From Bryobacteraceae bacterium (lineage in GTDB: Bacteria > Acidobacteriota > Terriglobia > Bryobacterales > Bryobacteraceae), in contig JBEKYW010000009.1 in assembly GCA_049510555.1 (NCBI GenBank), forward strand, positions 42,651 to 66,650: 24,000 nt of DNA, given 5' to 3'. This document shows positions 15,370 to 23,876 of this stretch, one piece after another. Both the position numbers and the translations under genes were made by a program. Position 1 is the first letter of the stretch, and the number at the start of each line of letters is the position of its first letter. The notes under the pieces were generated by a model. The model ran no database searches, had not been told where the DNA came from, and was given only the letters and a program-made list of their open reading frames with translations.

Positions 15370-16755
15370 TCAGTTGCCTGCCGTCTCCAGCACCAGCACG
15401 GAAGCGATCTGGCCCGGCGCTTTTGCCGGCAGCGACACCGTCACGCGGTCGCCCTGCTGGCTCAGTTTCAGCGACGCGTGCGCGGCGTCCGCCAGCAGGT
15501 AGGCTTTCGTAACCTTGCCCTTCACCTTCGACAGCTCAAACGAACCAGTCGGCCACTTGAAAAGGTGGACAAAGAGCTTGCCCGGCTTGGTAGTGCAGCG
15601 CCAGTCGGTGGCCGGCACGAAAACCGGGTTGCCGTCCTTGCTCTTTCTGGCCGGGTCCGGAGCGCCCAGTTCGTCGCCAAAGGGCGTGGGGCCCGCGCCG
15701 TAGATGGCCTCGCCGTTGAGCTTCAGCCAGCGGCCCACCGCGCGCAGGTTGTCCTGGCTGGCCTGCGGGATCACTCCCTCGGAAGTCGGGCCGACGTTGA
15801 GCAGATAGTTTCCGCCCTTGCTGACGATGTCCACCAGCTTGAAGGTGAGATCTTCGGGCGTCTTCCAATCGGTGTCGTCTTTCTTAAAGCCCCAGGTGTG
15901 GTTCAACGTGGCCGGCACTTCCCAATCACCCTTGACGACCGCGTCCGGAATGCGGTTGTCGCCCATGGAGGCATAGTCGCCTGCCGTGCCGAGGCGGCCG
16001 TCGATGAGGGTGGCGGGCTGCAAGCTATGCAGGATATCGATGAACCGCTGCGCGCGGTCCCCGACGTTCATCATGCGCGGCGTGTCGAACCAGATCAGGC
16101 ACACGGGACCGTATCCGGTCAGCAGCTCCTTGACCTGCGGCTCGGCCTTGGCGCGGAGATACTGGTCGAAATCTTTCTTGTCGTCGGGGCCGAAGTCCCA
16201 GGTATTGCCCGCGCCATTCGGCTCGTGCCAGTCCTGCGCCTGCGAGTAGTAGAAGCCGAACTTGATTCCGTGGCGGGCGCAGGCCGCGGACAACTCCTTC
16301 AGCGGGTCGCGGTGGAACGGCGTGGCGTCAAAGATGTTGTACTGGCTCACGGTGGAGTGATACATGGCAAAGCCGTCATGATGCTTGCTGGTGATGACGA
16401 TGTACTTCATCCCGGCGTCCTGGGCCATTTGGACCCACTCCTCGGCGTTGAACTTCACCGGATTGAACTGGGTGGCAAGTTGCTCGTACTCTTTTACCGG
16501 GATCTTAGCGCGATTCATGATCCACTCGCCGATGCCCGCGACGGGTTGCCCCTTCCACTCCCCGGCGGGAATGCAATAGAGACCCCAATGGATGAACAAG
16601 CCGAACTTGGCCTCGCGGAACCACTTCATCCGGGCGTCCTGCGGCGTGGGCGCCGCAGGGGGAGTGGATTGCGCCACCGCAACCCACGCGCAGAGACAGG
16701 CCGCCACTGCGGCGATGATCTTTATCGATAAAAAGCGGGTAAATCTCGGTTTCAT
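15370..16755 (-). CDS. Alpha-L-fucosidase (glycoside hydrolase family 29), secreted
   Basis: WFREAKFGLFIHWGLYCIPAG...YIVITSKHHDGFAMYHS...YYSQAQDWHEP...LIWFD are GH29 hallmark segments. Signal peptide MKPRFTRFLSIKIIAAVAACLCAWVAVAQS. The ATG at 16755 has AAGGAG 7 nt upstream. Confidence 0.92.
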   Translation of the reverse strand: MKPRFTRFLSIKIIAAVAACLCAWVAVAQSTPPAAPTPQDARMKWFREAKFGLFIHWGLYCIPAGEWKGQPVAGIGEWIMNRAKIPVKEYEQLATQFNPVKFNAEEWVQMAQDAGMKYIVITSKHHDGFAMYHSTVSQYNIFDATPFHRDPLKELSAACARHGIKFGFYYSQAQDWHEPNGAGNTWDFGPDDKKDFDQYLRAKAEPQVKELLTGYGPVCLIWFDTPRMMNVGDRAQRFIDILHSLQPATLIDGRLGTAGDYASMGDNRIPDAVVKGDWEVPATLNHTWGFKKDDTDWKTPEDLTFKLVDIVSKGGNYLLNVGPTSEGVIPQASQDNLRAVGRWLKLNGEAIYGAGPTPFGDELGAPDPARKSKDGNPVFVPATDWRCTTKPGKLFVHLFKWPTGSFELSKVKGKVTKAYLLADAAHASLKLSQQGDRVTVSLPAKAPGQIASVLVLETAGN

Positions 16756-16877
16756 AGCGAACTCCTTTATCAGTCCATATTCCCGCACATTTCGCCGCCA
16801 ATTTCAATCGTGGGCGGAGCAAGTTGATCAGGCCTTCGCAGGGGGCGTCTTGGTTTTCGGATCATCGCCGCGTAAGA

Positions 16878-17375
16878 TCAATTTACTTCGACGAACTTCG
16901 CCGCCAGGGCGCCGCAGATCGGACACCGCTCGGGAGGAACGCCGAATTCGATGTGGCCGCAGACGGGACAGAGGTAGAACTTCGTTTCCGCGAGGTCCTT
17001 GCCCTGTTCGGCGGCTTCCAGCGCCCGTTTGTAAAGTTCCGCGTGCACGGCTTCGGCTCTCACGGCGTATCCGAACATGATTTTCGCGCGATGGCCATCG
17101 GCCTCGGCCTGTTCGAGCATGGGTGGGTACATCGAGGTGTACTCATAGGTTTCGCCCTCGATCGCGGCTCTGAGGTTGTCGGCAGTGGAGCCGGTTCCCG
17201 CAAGGCTCTTCAAATGGCCCTCGGCGTGGATGCGTTCGGCTTCGGCGGTAGTGCGGAACAGCCGTGCGATGTTGGGGAGGCCGTCCTGATCGGCTTTTCT
17301 GGCGAAGGCACGGTACTTCTGATTAGCCTGGCTCTCTCCGGCGAAGGCTTCTTTGAGGTTGTCAACGGTATTCAT
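16878..17375 (-). CDS. rbr: Rubrerythrin
   Basis: The di-iron four-helix-bundle motifs are present (GESQANQKY..., AEAERIHAEGH, EGETYEYTSMYP, AEAVHAELY). A C-terminal rubredoxin-like CPVCGH...CPICG follows. The start is at MNTVDNLKEAF, with GGAG 11 nt upstream. Confidence 0.93.
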   Translation of the reverse strand: MNTVDNLKEAFAGESQANQKYRAFARKADQDGLPNIARLFRTTAEAERIHAEGHLKSLAGTGSTADNLRAAIEGETYEYTSMYPPMLEQAEADGHRAKIMFGYAVRAEAVHAELYKRALEAAEQGKDLAETKFYLCPVCGHIEFGVPPERCPICGALAAKFVEVN

Positions 17376-17522
17376 CGAGTTCACGCTCCGAATTTCTGAA
17401 AAAACGAGGATATCACGGCAGCGAGGAGGAGCAACGCCGGGGTTGCCCAACTCGCCGGCGCCCGGAGACATGGAAACGCCAATCGGGAAAGCTGTTTCCG
17501 CTAATGGGCCAATGCCGCGGGA

Positions 17523-17528
17523 TATAAT
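17523..17528 (+). promoter_or_regulatory. Candidate -10 box (TATAAT) for the class-V aminotransferase gene
   Basis: A perfect TATAAT lies in an AT-rich patch 23 nt upstream of the TTG start at 17551. The -35 is weak. An inverted repeat GGAAAC-N16-GTTTCC (17472-17499) lies just upstream in the shared divergent region with rbr. Confidence 0.3.
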
Positions 17529-17550
17529 ATTCGGATGAAAGGGCCCTAAA

Positions 17551-18876
17551 TTGGAGCCTCCCGATCATCGGCTCATCTATCTGGACAACGCTGCCACCGC
17601 CTGGCCGAAGCCGGAGAGTGTTTACCGCTTCATGATGGACTTCTACCGGAGCACCGGAGTGAATCCGGGACGCAGCGGCTTTGACCTGGCGCTGGAAGCA
17701 GGCTCGCTCCTTGACAATCTGCGCAGACGGCTCACGAGATTTTTTGGCGGGGACGAAGACACGCCCGAACGCCTGTGCTTCGGCTACAACGCCACCGACG
17801 CCCTGAACCTGGTGATCCAAGGCCTGCTGGGTTCGGGCGATCACGTGGTCACCACGAGCTTGGAGCACAATTCGGTGATCCGTCCGATCAATCACCTGGT
17901 GCGCGACGGGGGCGTCGAGGCGACGTTCGTGCCGTTCGACGGCGGCGGGTTTGTGGACCCGGACGACATCGCCAGGGCGATCCGGCCCAACACGGCCCTG
18001 GTCATCGTGAACCACGGATCCAATGTCACGGGCGCGATTCAGCCGATCGGGGAGATCGGCCGAATCTGCCGGGAAAAGGGTGTTACGTTCGCTATCGACA
18101 CGGCTCAAACTGCCGGCGTCATTCCCATCAACATGAGGGAAATGAATGTCGACGCGGTGACCTTCACGGGCCACAAATGCCTGATGGGGTCGATGGGAAT
18201 CGGCGGCCTGTGCGTCCGCAAGCACGTCGAAATCCGGCAGGTTCGCAGCGGCGGAACGGGCGTGCGGTCGGCCTATCCGTACCACCTGGAAGAATATCCG
18301 TGGAGATTGGAGTACGGCACCCCCAATATGCTCGGGGTGGCGGCGCTCTGGGCGGGGCAAGACTGGCTGGACGGCAATGGGGTGGATCTTCATGCGCGCG
18401 AGATGAAACTGACCGCCAGGCTGGTCGATGGCCTGCGCGCGATTCCCGGCGTGCATCTCTACTGCTGCGAGAGCCTGGACAATCACCTGCCGACGGTCTC
18501 GATGAATCTGGAGGGCATGGAGGCTGGGGATGTAGGCACCATGCTCGACGTGGACCACAATGTGGCCACCCGGACGGGCTTGCACTGCGCTCCGCTGGCG
18601 CACGAACTGTTGGGGACGGCTGCGATCCACGGAGCGGTGCGGTTCTCGATCGGCCCCTTCAACACGGAGGAGCATATCGACGCGGCGGTGAGGGGTGTCG
18701 CGGAGATCGCTCGTTGGAGTGTCAGCCGTCGCGCGAAGAGCCGCGGTTCCACCCAGGCGTGCGGCGGCTCCCCGCCGCCGGCTACGCCCGCCAGGGCGGC
18801 AACAGATGTTTCTGGATCTTGCCGAGCGCGGTCCTCGGCAGCTTCTCCACCGGCACGAAATCGCGCGGCACCTTGA
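17551..18876 (+). CDS. Aminotransferase class V-fold PLP enzyme (cysteine desulfurase / selenocysteine lyase-like)
   Basis: LIYLDNAATAWPKP, the PLP-lysine region FTGHKCLMG and the active-site-like RTGLHCAPLAH resemble SufS/CsdA-type enzymes. A TTG start is forced by the in-frame TGA at 17536-17538. The last roughly 53 aa are low-complexity and lie antisense to the next gene. Confidence 0.85.
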   Translation: MEPPDHRLIYLDNAATAWPKPESVYRFMMDFYRSTGVNPGRSGFDLALEAGSLLDNLRRRLTRFFGGDEDTPERLCFGYNATDALNLVIQGLLGSGDHVVTTSLEHNSVIRPINHLVRDGGVEATFVPFDGGGFVDPDDIARAIRPNTALVIVNHGSNVTGAIQPIGEIGRICREKGVTFAIDTAQTAGVIPINMREMNVDAVTFTGHKCLMGSMGIGGLCVRKHVEIRQVRSGGTGVRSAYPYHLEEYPWRLEYGTPNMLGVAALWAGQDWLDGNGVDLHAREMKLTARLVDGLRAIPGVHLYCCESLDNHLPTVSMNLEGMEAGDVGTMLDVDHNVATRTGLHCAPLAHELLGTAAIHGAVRFSIGPFNTEEHIDAAVRGVAEIARWSVSRRAKSRGSTQACGGSPPPATPARAATDVSGSCRARSSAASPPARNRAAP

Positions 18877-20188
18877 AGGATGCCAGCTTGGCACGGCAGC
18901 GAGCCTCGAGCTCCGCGGCGGCGAAGGGGCGCCGCGACACAATGTACGCCACCGGAATCTCCCCGCGCAGTTTGTCCGCAACCCCCACCACGGCGGCTTC
19001 CGCCACTTCGTCCTGCTCCATAAGGAAATCCTCGATCTCCCGCGGATAGATGTTGAACCCGCCGGAGATGATGAGATCGCTTCTTCTGCCGAGCAACGTG
19101 TAGTAGCCATCGGCCGAGCATTCCGCCATGTCGCCGGTCTTGAACCATCCCTCGTCGAAGGCTGCGCGCGTCGCCTCCTCGCGCCGCCAGTAGCCCGCGA
19201 AAACATTCGGGCCGCGCAACTGAATCTCGCCCTCGACGATGCGCGCCGAGACGCCCGGCAAAGGCAGCCCCACCGTACCCGCGCGGCGCTCGCCGAAGTA
19301 AGGGTTCGACATGCTCATGAGCGTCTCCGTCATCCCGTAGCGTTCCAGGATGGTGTGGCCGAACTTGGCGCGGAACTCCTCGAAGACCTGCGCCGGCAGC
19401 GGCGCCGAACCGGAAACGAATAGCCGCATGAAGCCGCCCACCTGCCGCGCGATTTCCGCCGGGAAATCGAGCATCCGCACGTACACCGTCGGCACGCCAA
19501 AGAACAGCGTGGGCCGGAAGTCGAGGAACTCGCCCGCAGCCTTCTGGTGCTCGAAACGTTCCAGCAGGCGCATCCGGCATCCGCTCGTCAGCCAGCAATG
19601 CAGCCCGTTGCCGAGCGCGTGCACGTGGAACAGAGGCAACGCCAGCAGAAACCGGTCGGCGCTCGAGATGCCCCAGCACGCATTGAGGTTGAGTGCGTTG
19701 GCCGCGAAGTTATTGTGCGTCAGGATGGCCCCTTTGGAGGCGCCCGTAGTGCCCGAGGTGTACACCAGAGCGGCCGGGGCATCGCCGTCGAGCGCCACTG
19801 GCGGCCGCGAGGCATGCTCCGGCGTATCCAGCTCGTCCGCGCGCCACACAGGCAAGGACCCCGGCACCTCCCGCGCCGCCACCACCACCTTAGGCTCCGC
19901 ATCGGCGAGGATGTGCAGAATCTCCCGCTCCCGGTACAGGATGTTGATCGGCACGAAGATCACACCCAGCTTGACGCATGCGAGATAAATGTCGATCAGC
20001 TCGACGCAATTGGGAAGATACACCGCGAGACGGTCGCCCGTCTCCAGTCCGCGCGCCTGGAACAGCGCCGCCGTGCGGTTGCTGCGGTCGTCGATCTCTC
20101 CAAAGGTGTACGTGCGGCCGGCAAATTCCAGGGCCACGTCACCGCGCCGTCCCTGAAATGAGAAATCAAACAGATGCGTCAGGTTCAT
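18782..20188 (-). CDS. AMP-dependent acyl-CoA synthetase/ligase (short, MatB/MenE-sized; substrate unknown)
   Basis: The AMP-binding motif LVYTSGTTGASKGA is present, together with GYWRREEAT, WFKTGD, GRRSDLIISGGFNIYPREIE and a C-terminal GKIQK. Confidence 0.9.
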   Translation of the reverse strand: MNLTHLFDFSFQGRRGDVALEFAGRTYTFGEIDDRSNRTAALFQARGLETGDRLAVYLPNCVELIDIYLACVKLGVIFVPINILYREREILHILADAEPKVVVAAREVPGSLPVWRADELDTPEHASRPPVALDGDAPAALVYTSGTTGASKGAILTHNNFAANALNLNACWGISSADRFLLALPLFHVHALGNGLHCWLTSGCRMRLLERFEHQKAAGEFLDFRPTLFFGVPTVYVRMLDFPAEIARQVGGFMRLFVSGSAPLPAQVFEEFRAKFGHTILERYGMTETLMSMSNPYFGERRAGTVGLPLPGVSARIVEGEIQLRGPNVFAGYWRREEATRAAFDEGWFKTGDMAECSADGYYTLLGRRSDLIISGGFNIYPREIEDFLMEQDEVAEAAVVGVADKLRGEIPVAYIVSRRPFAAAELEARCRAKLASFKVPRDFVPVEKLPRTALGKIQKHLLPPWRA

Positions 20189-21329
20189 TCTTCTCCGGAA
20201 TGGCGGACGTCGCCGCGGCCGCCAGCAGCGCGAACCCGCCGAGCGCCAGAAAACTCGTCCGGAACTGCCCGGTCCAGTCGGCGAGCCAGCCCACCGCCGG
20301 TGCGCCCGCCAAAATCATCAGGATGCCCACCATATTCACCAGCCCCATGGCGGCTCCAGCGCGCCCAGGGAACAGCGCCGCCGCACGGTTGAACACGCTC
20401 GCATACGGCAATCCGCAGCCTGCCCCCAGCGCCACAATCGCCGCCAGCGTCAGCCCGGTCCATTGCCCCCACGCCAGCGCCCCGCACGCGGCCGCATTCA
20501 GCAGCAGCGCGCCGGGCACCAGCGTCCGAATCCGCATCCGGTGCGCCAGCCAGCCGCCCAGCGGCCGGGAAACAATGCCCAGCAGCAGCACCGTCGAACC
20601 CATCAGGCCGGCGGTCTTCAGCGGCATCTGGAAAACGGTGTTCAGCAGCGTGGTAATCCACGTCCCCACCACGATCACCAAGCCGAACGAGGCCATCTGG
20701 ATCAATCCCAGAAGCCACAGCTCGCGGCTTCGCATCATTTTCCGGAAGCTGCCGGCGGCTGGCTCCTTGCGCCGCGGCGACGGCGCCGCCGCCATCCACC
20801 ACACCCACACGGCGGCCGCCACCAGCGCGGAAGCGAGGAATCCCCCGCGCCATCCGAAAGCGCCCAGCAACTGTGGCACGGCGAAGATCACGAAGCCCGA
20901 TCCCAACACCACCGATCCGCCGAACAGTCCCTGCGCAATATGCAGGTCACGGCCTTCGAACAGCCCCACTATGTATCGTGCGCCCGCCGTGAAACACGCG
21001 CCGGTGCCGATGCCGGCAAAGGTCTTCCAGAACAGAAGCTGCCAATAGGCGCCCGCGAACGCGATGGCAAAGTTGCCCGCCGCAACCCAACCCAGCGCCA
21101 CTGCCAGCACGCGCGCCGGGCCGAATCGATCCGCCAGGCGCCCGCCCGGCACCTGCATCAGCGCGTGCGCCAGGAAAATGCCGGTGGTCAGCAGACCTGC
21201 GCTGGCCTGGTCGAAACCGAATTCGCCGCGCAGCACCGGGACCATCGGCGCATGGTTCGTGTAGTTTGCCGAAAATGCGAAACCGACGGCACAGCCGGCG
21301 GCCAGCGCGCGTCTTTCCATCGTCCGCAT
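20166..21329 (-). CDS. MFS transporter
   Basis: 387 aa with about 12 hydrophobic segments. The MFS loop 2-3 signature-like GGRLADRFGPARV is present. Its 3' end overlaps the acyl-CoA synthetase start by 23 nt. Confidence 0.85.
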   Translation of the reverse strand: MRTMERRALAAGCAVGFAFSANYTNHAPMVPVLRGEFGFDQASAGLLTTGIFLAHALMQVPGGRLADRFGPARVLAVALGWVAAGNFAIAFAGAYWQLLFWKTFAGIGTGACFTAGARYIVGLFEGRDLHIAQGLFGGSVVLGSGFVIFAVPQLLGAFGWRGGFLASALVAAAVWVWWMAAAPSPRRKEPAAGSFRKMMRSRELWLLGLIQMASFGLVIVVGTWITTLLNTVFQMPLKTAGLMGSTVLLLGIVSRPLGGWLAHRMRIRTLVPGALLLNAAACGALAWGQWTGLTLAAIVALGAGCGLPYASVFNRAAALFPGRAGAAMGLVNMVGILMILAGAPAVGWLADWTGQFRTSFLALGGFALLAAAATSAIPEKNEPDASV

Positions 21330-21412
21330 CGCGGTTGTCGAATCAGCTTACCACCGCGCCGCGTGCGGCCGCCCCACGGATGCGGCGGTGGCCGGTGGCG
21401 GCGGTCAGCCAA

Positions 21413-21838
21413 TCAGGCAGTCGTCTGCTTGGGAGCCGGCGCGACGGCTTTCTTGACGGCGGGCCGCCTGGCAGCAACTTTATTGGCAGGTTCGGTTGCC
21501 GCCCTCCGGGCTGCCGCCTTTTGCGCCCTGTACGCAGCCCAGCGCTTCCTGGTGGCTGCGGCAATGTGCTTCCGGCCCGCGGCGCTCATCTTCCTTTTCT
21601 TGGCCGGCGCCAGTGCCTGTTTGGCGCTCTTCTGCGCGGCCCAACGTTTCCGTTGCGCCGCTGCAATCCTTCGCCGGCCAGCCGCGCTGATTACACGCTT
21701 CTTCGGCTCCCGTGCGGAGGCCGGTCCCGGACCAGTTCCAAGCTGGCGCCGGATCTCGCCCATTTTGGCGTCAATATGATCGCGCTGGTGCTGATACCCA
21801 ACCAGTGCGGCTTCGAGAAGCGATCGGTCAGTTCCCAT
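21413..21838 (-). CDS. Small, highly basic K/R/A-rich protein with a tandem repeat (unknown family; nucleic-acid binding suspected)
   Basis: 141 aa counted from the ATG at 21838; a GTG at 21862 is an alternative start. It has a helical N-terminus (LLEAALVGYQHQRDHIDAKMGEIRRQLG), then two KKRx(I/M)SAAGRxxIAAAxRKRWAA repeats, then an A/K/P-rich tail. The repeat is conserved at protein level, which favours this frame over the overlapping + strand ORFs. Confidence 0.6.
   Translation of the reverse strand: MGTDRSLLEAALVGYQHQRDHIDAKMGEIRRQLGTGPGPASAREPKKRVISAAGRRRIAAAQRKRWAAQKSAKQALAPAKKRKMSAAGRKHIAAATRKRWAAYRAQKAAARRAATEPANKVAARRPAVKKAVAPAPKQTTA
21518..21706 (-). repeat. Intragenic tandem coding repeat (2 x 29 codons, 5-codon spacer)
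   Basis: The two copies are PKKRVISAAGRRRIAAAQRKRWAAQKSAK (21620-21706) and AKKRKMSAAGRKHIAAATRKRWAAYRAQK (21518-21604). They share 19 of 29 identical residues by hand alignment. Confidence 0.6.
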
Positions 21839-21971
21839 ATGGGTAAGCCTACCATGATGCACTCCCAGCCTGGCCGCACGCCCGGAACGGCCCCAACGGA
21901 GGCGGTTCGATGTACAATCGATGGCGGCCAGGAAGCCATAACGGAAATCCTGGCTGAGAAAGGATAGTCAC

Positions 21972-23876
21972 ATGCAGCGTCTGTCCCGCCATGGGCGCAA
22001 GCTGGCGGCTTTGGCGGCGTTCCCGATTCTCGCGCTGCTGAGCGCGCAGACCGAGGCGCCGTACGAGATATCCACCGCGAAGGACGTGATGATCGCCATG
22101 CGCGACGGCGTCAGGCTGGCAACCGATATCTACCGCCCGGCGCGCGGCGGCGCGCCGGTGGAAGGCCGGTTCCCCGCGCTTCTGGAGCGAACGCCTTATA
22201 ACAAGGAGACCGGCGCGGCGGCGGTGGCCGGCTACTTCGTGCCGCGGGGTTACGTGGTGATCCGGCAGGATGTGCGCGGTCGGTACAAATCCGAGGGCCG
22301 CTGGCGTCCCGTGCGCGACGATCCGAACGACGGCTTCGACACGGCCCAATGGATTGGATCGCAACCCTGGTCGGACGGCGGCATCGGCACCATGGGATCG
22401 TCGTACGACGGCGCCACGCAGCACGCCATGGCCATCGCCAACGCTCCTTACCTGAAGGCGATGATCCCGCGAAACGCCATGTCGGACTTCGGCCTTTATG
22501 GAATTCGTCATAACGGCGCCTTCGAATTGCGTTTCTTCAACTGGGTGCTCACGCTGGGGAACGCCGCCGGGACGGCCAACGCAGGCCCGGCGGCGGTGCG
22601 CGCGGCGGCGGACCCGGCCGCGGCGTCCGCGCTGGTGGAACTGGGCAAACACGTCCGCGAGTACGCCCGCGGGCTGCCCTTGCGCCCGGGCACCACCCCG
22701 CTGCGCTTCGCGCCGGATTACGAGGCGTGGCTGACGGAAGCGATGAGCCACGGCGACTACGACGATTTCTGGAAGAACGCGGGCTCCAGCGTGGTCGATC
22801 ATCTGCGGGAATACAAGGACGTGCCGGAGTATCACACCACCGGCTGGTACGATTCCTGGGGGACGCCGGTGGCCAACCTGAATTTCGTGGAGCTGCGCAA
22901 GGCCAAGAAGAGCCTCCAGCGGCTGATCGTGGGCCCGTGGATTCACAGCGCCGAGACGCGCAGCTTCGCGGGCGAGGCGCAGTTCACCGACGACGCGGCG
23001 CTGGACCTCCAGGCTTTTCAGTTGCGCTGGTTCGACCGCTGGCTGAAGGGGGCAGACAACGGAGTGGATCGCGAGCCGCCGGTGCGGATCTACGTGATGG
23101 GCGGCGGAGACGCGCATCGGACTCCCGAGGGCCGCGTGTTCGTAGGAGGCCGCTGGCGCGACGAGCAGGAATGGCCGCTGGCGCGCACAACGCCGACGCC
23201 TTACTACTTGCACGCTCACAGCGTCCTCTCGCCGGACCAGCCGGCCGGCGATCCGCCGATTACTTACGCGTTCGACCCTCGCAACCCCGTGCCGACCATC
23301 GGCGGGAACGTATCTTCCCAGGGCGACCTGATGTTTCAAGGCCCGGCGGACCAGCGCTGCCGGCCGGATTTCTGGTTGTGCGCGGACTCCAAGCCGCTCT
23401 CATCGCGCAACGACATTCTGGTTTTCCAAACCCCGCCGCTGGCGGCGGATATGGAGGTAACCGGACGGCTGATCGTGAAACTGTGGGCCTCCTCGGACTC
23501 ACCCGACACCGACTTCACGGCCAAGCTCATCGACGTCTACCCGCCCCATGCGGACTTCCCCGGCGGGGTGGACCTCAACATCGCCGACAGCATCGTGCGG
23601 GCGCGCTACCACAACGGGCCGGGTCCGGCGCAGTTCCTCACACCCGGGCAGCCCGAAGAATTCACCATCGAGATGTACCCCACGTCGCTGGTGTTCCAGC
23701 GCGGCCACCGCGTGCGCCTGGACATATCGAGCAGCAACTTCCCGCGGTTCGACGTGAACCCGAACACGGGCGAGCCGCTCAACGATAACCGGAGCTGGCG
23801 AACCGCCCGGAACACGGTCTACCTGGACGCGAAGCACCCGTCGCGGATCGTGTTGCCGGTGATTCCCAAGAGGTGA
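21972..23876 (+). CDS. CocE/NonD family hydrolase (X-Pro dipeptidyl-peptidase S15-like alpha/beta hydrolase), secreted
   Basis: Signal-like N-terminus RKLAALAAFPILALLSAQTEA. DGVRLATDIYRP...LERTPYNK, the nucleophile elbow GTMGSSYDGATQ, and the C-terminal beta-sandwich (GHRVRLDISSSNFPRFDVNPNTG) are typical of CocE/NonD. Confidence 0.9.
   Translation: MQRLSRHGRKLAALAAFPILALLSAQTEAPYEISTAKDVMIAMRDGVRLATDIYRPARGGAPVEGRFPALLERTPYNKETGAAAVAGYFVPRGYVVIRQDVRGRYKSEGRWRPVRDDPNDGFDTAQWIGSQPWSDGGIGTMGSSYDGATQHAMAIANAPYLKAMIPRNAMSDFGLYGIRHNGAFELRFFNWVLTLGNAAGTANAGPAAVRAAADPAAASALVELGKHVREYARGLPLRPGTTPLRFAPDYEAWLTEAMSHGDYDDFWKNAGSSVVDHLREYKDVPEYHTTGWYDSWGTPVANLNFVELRKAKKSLQRLIVGPWIHSAETRSFAGEAQFTDDAALDLQAFQLRWFDRWLKGADNGVDREPPVRIYVMGGGDAHRTPEGRVFVGGRWRDEQEWPLARTTPTPYYLHAHSVLSPDQPAGDPPITYAFDPRNPVPTIGGNVSSQGDLMFQGPADQRCRPDFWLCADSKPLSSRNDILVFQTPPLAADMEVTGRLIVKLWASSDSPDTDFTAKLIDVYPPHADFPGGVDLNIADSIVRARYHNGPGPAQFLTPGQPEEFTIEMYPTSLVFQRGHRVRLDISSSNFPRFDVNPNTGEPLNDNRSWRTARNTVYLDAKHPSRIVLPVIPKR

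Noticed and set aside
14908-16731. 607-aa + strand ORF opposite the GH29 fucosidase
   Set aside because: The minus-strand frame has clear GH29 signatures, a signal peptide and a strong Shine-Dalgarno sequence. The + frame is low-complexity Arg/Gly/His-rich sequence.
17413-19206. 597-aa minus-strand ORF opposite the class-V aminotransferase
   Set aside because: This is a shadow ORF. The + strand frame has the PLP-lysine and active-site cysteine motifs, and the minus frame has no recognisable features.
21849-23339. 496-aa minus-strand ORF opposite the CocE/NonD hydrolase
   Set aside because: This is a shadow ORF. The + strand frame contains the GxSYxG nucleophile elbow and the conserved CocE/NonD N- and C-terminal blocks.
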